From Podarcis vaucheri (taxonomy: Eukaryota), in assembly GCA_965113315.1 (NCBI GenBank), contig OZ220363.1: a stretch of 64,000 bases of DNA; one strand, given 5' to 3'. The notes below the pieces were generated by a model, which worked only from the letters and a program-made list of their open reading frames with translations, was not told the DNA's origin and searched no databases. Of the stretch, positions 50,600 to 64,000 are shown one piece after another; the stretch's first letter is position 1, and each line of letters begins with the position of its first letter. Made by a program: the position numbers and the translations under genes.

Positions 50600-52439
50600 T
50601 ACTGTATTTTTACTACGAGGGGTGGTAACATTTGGATTCTCTGCCCCTAGCGACAACATTTCTTAAGCCATCTCTGCATGCAAGAGGTTCTATCAATGCT
50701 GCTGGGATAGAGTCCTAATGATATTTTTCTTCCTCTGGCCTTGTCAGTTTTGTCAGCTGCTTCCAGAGGATTTTGACTTGTTTCCAGTGTTATTTCTACT
50801 CAGAATAGATCAATTGAAATTAATGGACATGGCTAACTTAAGCCCAATTAACTTCAGTGGGGCTACTCTGCATAGAATGAGCACTGGATACAACCCTATT
50901 TGCTTCCAACGTGAGGGCCAAGTGGGCTCTTCACCAGCCAAGCATTATTTCGTTTTTTGCTCTGGCTGTCCAGGTCACAGGCCTTTCACTTATCCCTTGC
51001 TTAGCACAAAGGTAGCTATCATTCCATCTAGTTCCCAATGAGAGATTGTTGGGTGGCTGCAGTTTCCCAGTCCACAAAATTGCCCATCTGATATGAACTC
51101 CTAAGCCTTGAGATGATATATATGAGGCTGACTGTCACCGACAGCAATCATAATGTAAAGCCTTCTGCTCCAAGTACCATGGCAGATGAGAAATAAAAGC
51201 CAGGAAGATGCAAGCATGCTTAAAAGTACCCACTAGGTGGCACTCATGTTCTATTAACACTGCATCACTGGGCTATCACTGGCTCAACGTGAGTGATAAA
51301 AGACCCAATTGACTGCTGGTTTAACAGCCAGCGCAACACTCTTACATGCAAAGTGACAGGAATGTTTCAGGATGACTGATACTGTCAGGAGCTCTGGACT
51401 ATTTTGCCACCAAAACTAAATTGTGCATTCTCCAAGTGATTACTGGATGGCAGTAGAAAGGCAGTGGAGTGGATAGAGGCCATTTGGATTGGCAGGACCC
51501 CTAGAAAATGCAAACACAGGTGGGCAAATGGATAGCAGGATTCTTGGGGTTCCCAAGCTATGGAATAGCAGCTGTGGCATAAGCCAGGCCCCCAAATGTG
51601 GATTTTATGCAAAATTGCAGTGACATGAGTAGCACTTGCATACTAATATTTGGTTGGAAAACTGGGATGAGATGTCCATGCCTCCAACCTAAAACCTATC
51701 ATGCTCTGCTGCCCCTTCACATCAATTCTCACATACCCCAGCTTCCCACTATTGCCCTGTATGCTCCTTGCATGGTATTCAATGCTGGTCCTGTGCAGAA
51801 TAGGCCTGATGTTAAGAGACAAGGATAACATGGGCTTATTGAGTTCAAGGAGTCTACTTTGAATAGGGACTTGAATCCAACCCACACACTCTGCCCACCT
51901 TCTTTCACTCTCCTCCAATTGCTCAGATCCTCAACTGTTATGCTACAGACTGACTTACCAATTTCCCCTCCTCTTCTGACCTTCAGTTCTACCGAAAAGT
52001 CTTCACGAGCTCTTCCCTTGCCACGAGCCCTCCAGATAATGAACTTCACAACCCTGCCTAGTTGAAGCTCTTTCCTTTTACGCAGCCATCTTTTTAGGCA
52101 GCACATTGCCACTGAATACTACTTGAGTCGAATAGGAGGGATCTGTCCACCAGTGGATAGATTATGAAAGCTCCTTCCTCCTCCAGAGCTTTGTCCTCGC
52201 CCAGCCAGGCCATTGTACAGAGGAAAGCTCAAATAGGGCATTCAATACCTTCCTTCTGTCCTGGGTCATTAATCCTGTGGAGTGTGAGCCAAACTTCCAG
52301 CACTTAAAATCAAATAAAACAGGGCATTCAGCTTCTTCCTCCAAGCAGTTAACCAATGGGTCTGTTCTCTCAGGCTATCCTTGAGCAGGTTGACTGTAAT
52401 AATATGTATAATAGTTGGGGGGGGTGGAATTTAAGGGTG

Positions 52440-52880
52440 TTTTATTTTGTTGAGTTAGTCAGTGTGTTACAGTATTTTTTTTCTATATGATGTACAGATG
52501 CCTAAATGATATTTCTGGTAGGCACATTTTTATACATGTAACAATACACTGCTGAAAATAAAGGAGGCTTGCAGGAATAGGAGAAAAACCCCAGTTAGTT
52601 GGGGGAAAGTTTGGGGGGAATCAGGGCTCTTATAGAAAATGAGTTGGGGTTTGGCTTTCTTTTGTCTTCTTTTCCCCTCATGGCATTTCTTGGCATCCAC
52701 TCAGCTGGGCAGGCTTTTTAAAAATCAAAGAGCCCCAAGGAGGTTTTTATATGTTTCTTTATTATCCCACTGTTGAGGAAGAGGGCAGAAGGAGAGAGAG
52801 TGAGACATGATTTAGCAATTGACGTTTGTTTAATAGGTAATGTCTTAATGGAGAAATAAAACCAAATTGTATTGAAATGA
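52440..52880 (+). terminator. Candidate distal polyadenylation region of SYT7
   Basis: AATAAA at 52557-52562 and 52855-52860, in U-rich UTR-like sequence with upstream TGTA motifs. A proximal AATAAA lies at 46513-46518. Which site is used cannot be told from sequence. Confidence 0.4.
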
Positions 52881-53162
52881 GAGGGGCCTGCTTTTTTATT
52901 TTTGTGCCCCCTCTTGTACAGCTGTCAGCCAATCAGATGCAAAAATATAATAATTATAATAGTGGGATATCAGAAACAATGGGGTTTTTAATGCCAAAGC
53001 AAACTGGGAAATACATGACATCCTATTTCAGTATTTTATCAGCTCTCTGTTCCAAGACAATGCGAGAACCTTTTTCTCAGCTGCTTCCTAATAAGTCTTC
53101 AGTAAAATAATTGTTAAGTCCATCAAGCTATTTATTAATAATGTTTATTATTTATTAATGAC

Positions 53163-53190
53163 TTCTATGATTCTATGATTCTATGATTCT
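53163..53190 (+). repeat. (TTCTATGA)n octamer repeat, an isolated CR1-type tail
   Basis: About three copies of the octamer that ends the CR1 at 40981, with no CR1 body attached. Confidence 0.6.
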
Positions 53191-53629
53191 TCTACTGTTA
53201 GTGAATTGTGCCCAATTTAATTTTGATGCCATCTTTTGTAAAGGTTTTAACAGGCGATCCACAAAAGGGCATCAGTTTTTGTGCTTTGTTATTTAGTGTG
53301 AGAAAAAGGCCATCAAAATCACAAACCATTATTCCCTTTCTTGGATTGAAGCGCTAAAGTGCTTTTATCGGGAACAAAATCCTCCTCTGTCCCAGTCTAA
53401 AATTCACAAAGCAGTTGGGAGTTGCTGGTGTTTTCATGTACACTTGGCTTGCCCCAAATAGTCACAAATTGCAGGGCTGTACAAATCACAACAAACTGAA
53501 TTTGGATCTTCCACATCACGAGAAGCTCACAAGCGTCATTATCTAGTTCGTCATGACATTACAGATCCTTGGTGACATTACAGATTCTGCACTGTGATTA
53601 TCACTGGAAAGTATAAACAGCAGTGGAAA

Positions 53630-53666
53630 CAGGACACTGACAATTATGGGTGGCAAGTGTTTTATT
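53630..53666 (-). terminator. Candidate minus-strand poly(A) signal
   Basis: TTTATT at 53661-53666 is AATAAA on the minus strand. It is followed about 20 nt downstream by a GU/U-rich stretch (gtgtcctgtttcc). Confidence 0.3.
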
Positions 53667-56600
53667 AATGGGGGAGGAAGTCACACAATGACCATAATAG
53701 CAGATAAGATGGTTGGATGACTGGCTTTCCATAGCAGCAAAAGCTTACTTGGCATTTTAGGCAGCTGAGTAATCCTGAGAAATTCACTCCTCGTTCTTGA
53801 AAAACGGGTTGAAAAAAAATCTATATTAGTTGTGCACAACTTTTAACTTGCCAAGCAGAACACAGCTCAGTAGCCTTGAAGGTGACGTGTCAGATAACCC
53901 ACTGACCAACTCTCAACTTTGCTTTTACAGTCCCAAGCAGCCAGGAGATGTATTGCGCACCTGGTGTGGCATCCATTGCTAGTATTTGGCCTGCTGGATC
54001 TCAGGCAGTGCAGGCCTGATATAAGCAGTGACAGATCTGAAAGGACATATATAATAGTTCCCCATTGTGATGCAAGAGTCCAGTTTTCTAGTAACACTGG
54101 CTTCTCCCAGATTGTCATTATGCCTATCACACAGAAACCAAATAATTTTATACTGGGAGAAGCTTCCCATCCACCTACTCTACAAGCCAGGTTTTATATT
54201 GGCTTTGATTTTACTACTTTGGTGGCACGGACTGATGCTTTTACTTCCATAAACTGCTATGATGCTTTTTATGATTAGCAGACTAGAATTATTTTAAAGA
54301 GAGATTTTAGCCTTGTACTGAGCACCTGTGCCAATATCCTGTTTTCGCCTCTGCCCCCAGCCTAACATTGAGGTTTACAGTGAAATTATATTCCCTCCTC
54401 TTCATCCAAACACAAGCCAGAATGGGAAAGCCGCGGAGTCACCAGATACCTTTCTAGTTTTACCTCATGCTTGCAAGGTAAACACCAGGAAGTTACCAGA
54501 ACTCCACAAGCTTATTAACTTTCATATCCAAAACAGAAACAATAAAGCTGGCATCGCAGGGTCCTTTCTTACTATTGTTCTTGTTTTGTTAATGATCGTG
54601 AGGTGAGGTGAGCTTCTTGGATTAAAGAGCAAGAGTGACCTTTGAAGTCTGGCACCTGTTCATTTCTACCACATCAGCCTCAAAGTAGAACAAAAAGCTA
54701 CATGCACCATTCTCCTCTCCCCAGTAGCATTCAGTACCATGTACTTACTCTGTGTTCGGATGTCACTGTGTGCATTTCACTAAGCCTTCACATCATTGGT
54801 GGGTGGAAAGCAGAGAAAAACCAGTAACATTGTGGCATCTCATCAGCAAATGGAGAGGGTCCTTTTTTGTCAACATACCTGCATCCCATGAATTGTGCAG
54901 CTTCACTTTCAAGGTTCATGTGGATCTGGCGGGAATGAATGGCTGCAATGGCGTCAGAGTTACTTCTTGCTCTTCAATTCTGCCCTCAGTAGATAGCTGA
55001 TGAGACGTCAGGCTGTATGTAAACTGATGATAGGTGCACGTTTTATGCAAAAGAGCTCGCCAGTGAGGGAAGTCATCTCAAGTGCCAGACAATCTTGTCA
55101 AATCCAATCAATCACCATAAAACATTCTTAGCTTCACTTTTTTAAAAATCAGACAAGTTCAAGATTGATAAACCTGCTGGCACACGACAGGAAACAGAAG
55201 TAACCTCGTTTCACATTGCTGGCCGACAGCAATGGTGGCACTGATTGGCTGACAACCGGGGTGCTTTGGTGAGTGGCTTGGTAGAGAACTGGAGCCATAC
55301 AAATTGACGGGAAGCAGTGTGTGTTTGTGTGTAGAGATACAGATAAATACACAAAGCACCAGGATGGTTGGATTCTCTTTCTATCTCTGTCATGGAGCAA
55401 CTTTCTGGGTTAGTACGCAAACTTCTCATGGCCTCACTTTGCCCACCTACTGTACAATGGTGATAATAATACTTCCCTACCTCACAATGGGATGGTGTGA
55501 GGCTTTCAAAATCAGGGCCTTGAACGTGTTAAATAAAGCGGCATTGCACAAGAAGTCTCCGCTGATATCATGGGGCAGAAAGTTCATCAGTCTGTGTAAA
55601 CGTAGTTCAAACTGATCCCCTAATGCTAGGATAGCCTTTGATTAGAGGTGCTACAACTGACACGCAAAGTATTATTACCACCATTGGCAAACTGAGCCAT
55701 TGCTCCAGCCAGCCTGCCCGTGAAGTATTTCCTGCCCCCTCGCCTACCACCATTCCCCCAAACCAGAAGCGGTTTCTTTTGTACAATTGGAATTTGGAGA
55801 GTTGTGTATTCATTTTTAATTCTAGAGCTCTTAGCTGTATCTTGTTCAGGTATCTCTTCTTCATGTGATGATAACCATCTAACATAGTGTGTGCAAACAG
55901 AAAAAAGGTGAAAAAAATATATGACTACACTGTAGACAACTTCTTTCCTAGCAGTGAAGGTGGCAGTCCAGCTAGACTCAGCTGCCACCTCCTTCCTATT
56001 GTGTTTGGAGATGTTTAAAACTCATGGAGCAGACATATTTTATAATAAAACCTGATAAAACACACCAAAAAAGGATGGGAAAAATATTACTACTACTGCT
56101 ACTACTATTACTACTAAGCCAGTGTGATTTCATCATCACTGATGTCTACGAGGTAGGAACGTTTTCTTTGCAGAACCATATTTTTGGAGAACCAGGCCCC
56201 TTGTTTTGTAGAGGAGGCCTCCTGGTCTAAATAATAAAGGATAGTAAAATAAGTCAACACTTGGCTTTCTCTTTCTGTCATTAAAAAGGGAGTGGGGGAG
56301 AAGAATACCATCCTAATGGTTTCCAGAAGGTTAGGTGGGCAACACACTCATTACTATTGTGTCATAAGCCTCTGTTGGATATTCCCAACCCAACAAAGGC
56401 ACAATTCTAACAGCCTGCACACCCAAGACCATTGTGAACATCCAATAAAATAAATATAAAAACATTTGTGGCTGGGTGTTCCCTTGACCTGACCCCCAAC
56501 CCTCCTGCCAGCACTGGAACACTCATCCAGAATATCTTGCTTAAGAGCAACAAGCCCTTGCAGAAAGTCTGCAGCTGTAGAGGCTGAAACAAGCTTCTTG

Positions 56601-56954
56601 GTATACATAGAGAAACTGGCTCTCCCTCTTAAGAGTGGGGGGGGGTGTACTTGTCCTTTCACAATGACCACCTGTAATTCAGAGGATTTTGTTCCTTGCC
56701 AGAACTAGGGATGGATGGATCTGTCTGTTTCGAGTACCTGTCACTTTCATTCATAAATCCAGTCAATCCCATTTCTGCATTAACCTATGGGTGGGTGGTT
56801 TTTTGTTTTTAATCACATTTTAAATACTTTCAGATGTATTTTCTCACAGTCTCTAAACAGATATGCCTTAAAATTCATTTTTCTAAACATATTTAAGGCT
56901 GAAATGTGGTCCTTGGGAGGATCTCAGGGGCAATACAGTGGGTGGGGATATTAT

Positions 56955-57451
56955 AATTATTATTACAGTATTATTTATTATTTATACCCCGTCCATCTGG
57001 CTGGGTTTCCCCAGCCACTCTGGGCGGCTCTCAACAGAATATTAAAAACACAATAAAACATCAAACATTAAAAACTTCCCTAAACACGGCTGCCTTCAGA
57101 TTTTTTTCTAAAAGTCAGATTTCCTTGACATCTGATGGGAGGGCGTTCCACAGGGTGGGCACCACTACCAAGAAGGTCCTCTGCGTGGTTCCCTCTAGCT
57201 TCACTTCTCACAGTGAGGGAACCGCCAGAAGGCCCTCGGTGCTGGACCTCAGTGTCTGGGCTGAATGATGAGGGTGGAGACGCTCCTTCAGGTATACTGG
57301 GCTGAGGCCATTTAGGGCTTTAAAGGTCAGCACCAACACTTTGAATTGTGCTTGGAAACGTACTGGGAGCCAATGTAAGTCTTTCAGGACCAGTGTTATA
57401 TGGTCTTGGCGGCCACTCCCAGTCACCAGTCTAGCTGCCACAATCTGGATT
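56955..57451 (-). mobile_element. L2 LINE 3' fragment
   Basis: Translates AARLVTGSGRQDHITLVLKDLHWLPVRFQAQFKVLVLTFKALNGLSPVYLKERL, with a 3' UTR and a (TAA)n-like tail. Confidence 0.9.
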
Positions 57452-60400
57452 ATCTCCCTCTTAAGTGAACAAATACAGAAATCCATCCCTGGAGAGGGAG
57501 ATCCAACCTCATAAGCTGCCTCAGATCTGTGATCTATGGCTGGGTCTACAACTTTTGGGGGCACCAACATAAGAGCGGGGGGAAGGAGGTGTTTCAGTCA
57601 CAGCAGATAGAATAAGCCAGCCCTGGAACTGGCAGTGGTTTAGTTTATTATTCTCTCATTTGAATCCATGCTGTGAAACTTAAAAATAACTTTCAAAATA
57701 CATACAAAAAAGGAGGGAAGAATGCCCTATCACTACTGTCCACTTTTCCAGTAGGAGCCCAGCACGACCCAAGAAAAAGTGGATTCTCTGTCTTCTGTTC
57801 TCCCTTCCCTACCCTCTGCTTTGCCCATGCATTAAATGTATTCTTAATATATGAAACATATTTTTAAATAATTTTGCTGAGGATTCCATCACAAAATTTG
57901 CTGAAGTGCACAATTCCAAAGGAGCTCTACAGTCCAATCTGCACATTAGTCTGGGAGGCGTGGCTCAAGTCAGTTCATATCAGATTTCAGAAATAATTCA
58001 TTTCTCAAGCATCCATAGGCAGAACTAGGGATGGGGGAGAAATTTGTTTGCATTTTAATGATAAACAACCTAATTCACCCTTCTTAATACTTGAATCTCC
58101 TAATTTTGCACTGCAGTTTCCCAACCAATGGGTACAAAAACGTATATATTAGGAGAAATTCACATTACAATGCTGATAGATTTTCTTGCTTGCTTTAAAA
58201 AAACAACAACATCACAAATTGCTGCAGAAATAGGAAGAACACAATTTAAGATCGGAAAAATGAGAAACTGAGAGAAACCAAAGTTAACAGATTTGTGCAT
58301 CTCCAGCCCCAACTGATCTGTTGGTTAAAAATTAAGGGTGGATTAGAAGGCAATTCCTGGGTAAAACAGAGGCTTTTCCACATTCAGTCTCACACTCATA
58401 CAATTTACATAGCCATCTCAGTCAAGTGGTAGTCAGCAGCTGTGTCCACCCCACTCTGTGGACTTTGCAACTTCTGCAGAACAGATCTAATCTAGGGGCT
58501 GGTTATTTGATGATCACAGCCCAGCCAGAGGTGCTTGGGTGACCAGATCCTTCAGAACACATAAGGAATGTTGCTACAGGAGCAAAACAGTTCTGCTTCT
58601 GGGCATGCATGTTAGGGAAAATGGGAAGACCAATTCAAGCTCAAACTGCAGAGTCTCTCCTTCCTTGAGAGAACTGTTCCTTTCCCCTTCCTGTCACTCA
58701 CCTGCATTGCAAACCCCGCTCACACCTCACACAAACATATACATACTAAATATTTGCAAAGTAAACTTCGCTCTCAAACATGTAACTGAACTGAACTTTA
58801 CTCATGAAAGCTTCTCAAGCTTTTGGCTGACGATGGGGCCTTCTCTGATTTAAGCTCTTGCTTGGGCGATCCTTCAGTTGCAGACAAGAGGAGCAGATTG
58901 AAATGACAGGATCTTCCAAGAAAAATGCCCTCCCCTTTTAGCGTCATTAGCACAAGACACGAGAATGTGTTGTGGTGTCAAGAACAGATGAACATTTCCT
59001 AAGGGGTGGTCTTTAAAACAATGCAGTTGTTTTAAGCAGACTCAACATGTGGTTAATCACCCAGAAATGTGACCCAAAGCCATGTGCTTTATGGAGCACA
59101 GGTGGAATATATAGAACAATGTGTTAGGAAGAAGAGAAGTACAGCTATTGTTGATAGATGAAAAGCCAGTGAAGAGGATGACAAGGTAATTATGCTTTAT
59201 TATGACATCTGTGCAGCACATGTTAAGCCAAAATTAATCTGCTCCGACAGCTTCTATGAGGAAGGTAAAATATCAGGAGAGTCTTCTAACAAAGCACAGG
59301 TGAATGAAAACTTACCGTGCCTCCATGAGCAATGGAAAGAGCCCTAGAGAGAAAGGGGCACGGGGGCTTCCATTGGGTGGATAGGTGCTGTTTATTTAGA
59401 GAACTTCCTTTCCTTTCCCATGCCTCCCTCAGTATCTCTAACCCCATATGCCTGTTGCAACTAGCTTGCATTTACCTTGTCTATTCTCCTTTAGCAGAAG
59501 CTGACAATAGAAGATGGGGTGGTGTCCCCGAAAGCAAAGCATTCAGAGTAGGTAGGTAAGGCTGCAATACTATGCTCCCTTATCTGGGAATGAGCCTTAA
59601 TGCACTCAGTAGGCTTTGCTTCTGGGGAAATGTGTAGGATTGTGTTGCAGGAAACTTTATGTAAATATGGATTCAGGTGCCGAGTTTGGAGGTGCTGACT
59701 GCAGGGTCCGAGAGTATTTCTCAGCAGAATTGCAGGCCAGATCCAGGAGAGTGGACAAGGGGGGAAAGAGGCAACAAAAGGAGTTGGTGCCAGCAAGTTT
59801 GCCAACTGACCACATGCTTCAGAGCAGAAAGGACCAAGGAGGAAAAGAATAGTCGAAAATATTTTTCTTTTAACCCAGCCAGAGTTGGGCAGACTGGTTA
59901 CTTAACCACAGGTGAAGTGAAACAGCATCCTGATGGCAACAAGATTTGACTCATAGCTTGCATTAAGAATGCTTGAGAATATGAAACCAATAGTTCATAT
60001 TCCAGCTGAATATCTCCAGGGGTCTCATTATGTTCATGTAGGTAGATCCCCCCCCCATGCTTATTTTAAAACCTCAATTCCTGAAACTCTGCAGATATGA
60101 ACTGAAAATATCAGCGTGTACCTGCCAATAACAGAATATATCTGTTTATTTTTATTGTACAGCAGTTTCCTTGCAATCTTGCTTTATTTTAAAGGGAATT
60201 ATTAAGGTTGGGGAAAATTAACCCTATTATAGCACCATAGGTCTAAAAGCCAATGTCATGTTTTTTTCTTGTATGAAAGAATACGTGTGTAGAGAAAACC
60301 ATGAAAATGTTGCAATGGATGGCAGGAAATGTCCTCCTTTTCCATCTAGCCTATCACATTTACGTTCACTAACAGCTTATTACCTCTGCTCATTGATCAT

Positions 60401-63139
60401 AAGAACAGAATATGGTTGGTATAATCCTCAAAAGCATAGCTATGGAATAATGCTCACATTTCGGTGACAGCATGTCACAGATTCAATCCTTGGCATTGCC
60501 AGTTAAAAGGATTTAAGGTAGTGGGGCTAAGAAAGACAACTGCTTAAGATCTGGAAGAGCCAAAACCACTTCGAGTAAGACACTGCTGGATGAAGCCGTG
60601 ACTGCTTTACATGGCTTTAAAGAAGTCCTATGGCACCGGCTAGAATGGTGAATCTGAAATAACAGTCCTGCCACTGGAGGAGTCACTATGATGACTGACC
60701 CTTCTCAATTGCAGTCTATGGAACAGACTCCTTTGCCCACCGTTTGGCATCAATGAAGTGGACGATTAGCTGGAATAAGACTGAGAAATATGAAAGACTT
60801 AGCAGTCACAGATGTGTTAATGTAACTGTGGTGAACCTATGACTGTATACTTTTGACAAAAAGTTCCTTAAGGCTCTCCTTTTGGAATGTAAGTCTTTGA
60901 AAGATATCTCCTTTTTGCTTGTAAAATCTCTCTTGAAGTCTCCAGGTTGTAACTACTGATACACCTGATATGAAAAATCTAAACTATAAGGCTGTGCGCA
61001 CACACCATGTTCATGCTGCCCATGCAATATTGTACTCATCCAACTAACAGCCTGCACTTTGACCTGCTTGATTCAGATTTTCCTGAAAGAGCTGGGGAAA
61101 AGATCAAAGGAAAAGAAAGATCCAACCTAAAATTGCGTCACTCAAATGTGGATGAACTGAACTGTGTAGAGGGAGAGGGAGAGGGAGGAGAGAGAGAGAA
61201 AGAGAGAGAGAGAGTGTGTGTGGTGATGTTTTCCTGGGTGCCATCTATTATTTCCATTGGGGAGATGCTCCTCAGTGGGTTGCTGGTAGGGCCAGCCACA
61301 ATACACCTACATTTTTTTTAAAAGTGTTAACCCATTGTTTTATGCAAGTCTGATTTATTGAAAACTTGTATTCTGCCCCCCGCAAAAAATGGCCATGTGC
61401 ATAGGCAAACAAACACCACAATGGACCTCAGGTCTCTGAAACTCAGGGAGAGGAAAGAGGACAAAAACACAGTGTGAAAGCGTGCCATCAAGCACCTTGC
61501 AGCAGTATGGATGGGAAAACATTGAGGTACAAGTTCAAATGAAAGCACCCTTGTGTGGGCAAATGTGTAAAAAAGTCCACATGGAAAAATAAGATCCATG
61601 TTGACTGTGAGCTAGAGCGTCTGCATATCTTCCCTGAAGAAGCAAGAGTATTTTTTACAGGGAAACCTGACTTTTTGAATGTGTTTGACCAGTGATTATA
61701 GTAGGAAAATCGGGTGCAGGAGGGGTGATGCAAACTATCACACCACAACATGTAACAATGCTCAATTGCTCATCTCCATTTTGCCCAACTCCAGCTTGGC
61801 TGGGAAAGTTGTCTGCTTAAGAAACAGGAGAGCAAAAATATAAAGTCAAGAACAGACAATTCTGGCTAAATGAGACAGTGAATCAATTCAGGATATTGCC
61901 AAAATCATATGGAGCTTAATGTAGACATTTGTGGATCACTATGGCAATACATCCTAGACCAACTACCCAATGTCACCTCCAGATAAAAGATAGGATGCCT
62001 CTACTTTTAACCTCCAAGTTAGATGAGCCTTTGAAACAGAACTGCAAGAGGCTTACGCGCCTTTCTCTGATAGCTGGGCACAGATGGTCCACTGACTTCA
62101 ACAGAGCTGTGGCATCTGAAAGATGTTCCTGTTTATATTCCTTCTTTGCAAAGAGCCATCATGGTCATTTTGTATCATTATATTACATTTAGCATAGCTT
62201 AAAATACTCAACTCTCTTTACATTGCCAACTTCCCCCTCTTAAAAAAAGGGTTTTCTTGAAAGGAGGAGTATACCTTCCTCTCTTTCCATCATCTTGGTA
62301 GTCTTGTTTACCCAGAGCCCTTCCAAACCATGCTTTTTCTCAAAGACTTCCTTTCTACTTGGTAGCCTTGGGAGCGCAGTCAGAAAGCACAGATGGAAAC
62401 AGATGCATTGATACTAAAACAAGATACAAAGCATATCATGCCAGTCATCAAAGAACATTTCCCTGTTTCATTATTATTATTATTTACAATAAAGCCAGCG
62501 CTGATGGTTCAAGATGTTCAGATACACAACCAGTTTAAGATTGGTAAGATCTGAATCCCTCAATCTGACAGTAGCAAAGCTATCTATGATCTAACTAATC
62601 AGAGTTCCTTTTGGGATTGGGTACATGATCAGTTATCCTGGAACAAAGCCTCTGAAATCTATCTAGACTTCAGTCTTCTGCTGCATGTGTTTTTGAAAAA
62701 CAAATTCATGAGGTAAAATGCATACCCTTTACGTTCATCTCAGAATTAGTGATTATAAGTACAAAGGATGATCACGTGGTAGAAGAGAGGCCAGATCTAG
62801 CCACCAAAGCAATTCTATGGGACCCATGGCAGCCCTATCCATTTCTGAACAAGGAGTGGGGGAAATGGCCCCCAGTTTCACTCAGAAAGAAAACAACATA
62901 GCTGTCAAAAGTTGCAAGAGACAGTTATGCCCCACACTTTAACACATACTCTATCTCTTTGGGTTTTGTATGGAGCACACTCTCAACTATACCTAAGCAT
63001 GCATACCTTGTCATTGTAAGAGTCTTAAACATAATTATAAAGCCTGACCTTTAGTGAGCATGCATAGCTGAGGTGTCATATCTTCATGGCTCCCGCTGAG
63101 GTATTTCTACACAAAACAGAATGGGAAGAGGGGTACACC

Positions 63140-63277
63140 CAGTACTATTTTTCTAGAAAAAGAAGCGCTGGAGTTCACTGTGAACGCCTCCCTTGTTCTA
63201 CTAGAATGGCAATGGCGCCAACCTGAGAGGTGCCAGAACTAAGTTCTGGCGAGTTCCGGCTGGAAAAAAAAGTCATG
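63140..63277. mobile_element. Short hAT MITE
   Basis: Perfect 8-bp TSD GGTACACC (63132-63139 and 63278-63285) and degenerate TIRs CAGTACTATTTTTC / GAAAAAAAAGTCATG. Confidence 0.75.
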
Positions 63278-64000
63278 GGTACACCCTGTAGGGACAGGGA
63301 AAACATGGCTCAGTCAGACACAGTACAGAGCAGGGGTACAAGGGCACAAGGGAAAGCCAATAGCAATACTTTTAACAGTGGCTGGATGGCCCAGCTCTGA
63401 GACGAAGAATATACTGAGGATGCCACTCTGTGCAGTACAACACCTAGTCATGCATGATCATGAAGGTGTAACAATCTTTGTACATCATGACAGACTTTAG
63501 TAGAAGGAGGGACAAGATAGGGGATTGAGAAAGAAAAGAGATAATATTGCTGAAAGAGAGAGAAAAGAGGGTGGGCATAATGACAGCAAAAGTGAGTCAT
63601 CCTGGAATGAGATGCGGAGACTCCAACATGGATTCCTGCAGACTTCTACATGAGCTACTTAGTCACGTTAACATCCAGTGCAGTGCATTCCAAAGGTTCA
63701 CACAAGCTAGAGGAAAAGATTTGGGCTGCCAAAACAATGCCGTGTCAAGACAACAAAGATCAAAACCCGGGACTCTCAAAGAGCCACAACTAAGTGCGAA
63801 TTCTACTGAATAAACACAGCAGAAGTGCTGCCAACTTCAGATTTTATAATAAGCTTCCCAATATGTGCTTTTCATTCCAATGCCTCACCAGCTGGAATGT
63901 GCATGATTTTGAAAGGTTCTTTAAGCTTGGGGGTGGAGAAAAAAAGCACCCAAAAAGTATGAAAAATACTGGGGAGAGGAAGAGGAGGAGGAAGAGGAAG

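Noticed and set aside
53000-64000. Expected neighbouring gene LRRC10B
   Set aside because: No leucine-rich-repeat ORF on either strand. If synteny holds, its coding sequence is outside the window.

Overview
Vertebrate genomic DNA, most likely from a squamate reptile. A full-length Sauria SINE and the TE set point to a lacertid lizard; this is an inference. The only protein-coding gene I can support is the 3' part of synaptotagmin-7 (SYT7, + strand). Seven canonical GT-AG coding exons with matching phases (3252-3374, 11279-11414, 27400-27670, 29271-29440, 29681-29795, 32908-33107, 45812-45916) encode the end of the alternatively spliced linker and intact C2A and C2B domains, with all ten Ca2+-ligand aspartates. 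The exons for the N-terminus and transmembrane segment lie upstream of the window. The rest is intron, probable 3' UTR and intergenic DNA, dense with transposon remnants: CR1, L2, BovB/RTE and L1 LINEs, Sauria and MIR-like SINEs, hAT and Tc1/mariner MITEs, a solo LTR, a Ty1/copia remnant and a Penelope-like fragment. I found no convincing new biological system. The best leads are a minimal hammerhead ribozyme in the Penelope fragment, several candidate cryptic or truncating SYT7 exons, a scrambled copia pol remnant and a possible convergent spliced transcript downstream. All of these need data to confirm. TE family names come from my recall of consensus motifs, not from a database search.
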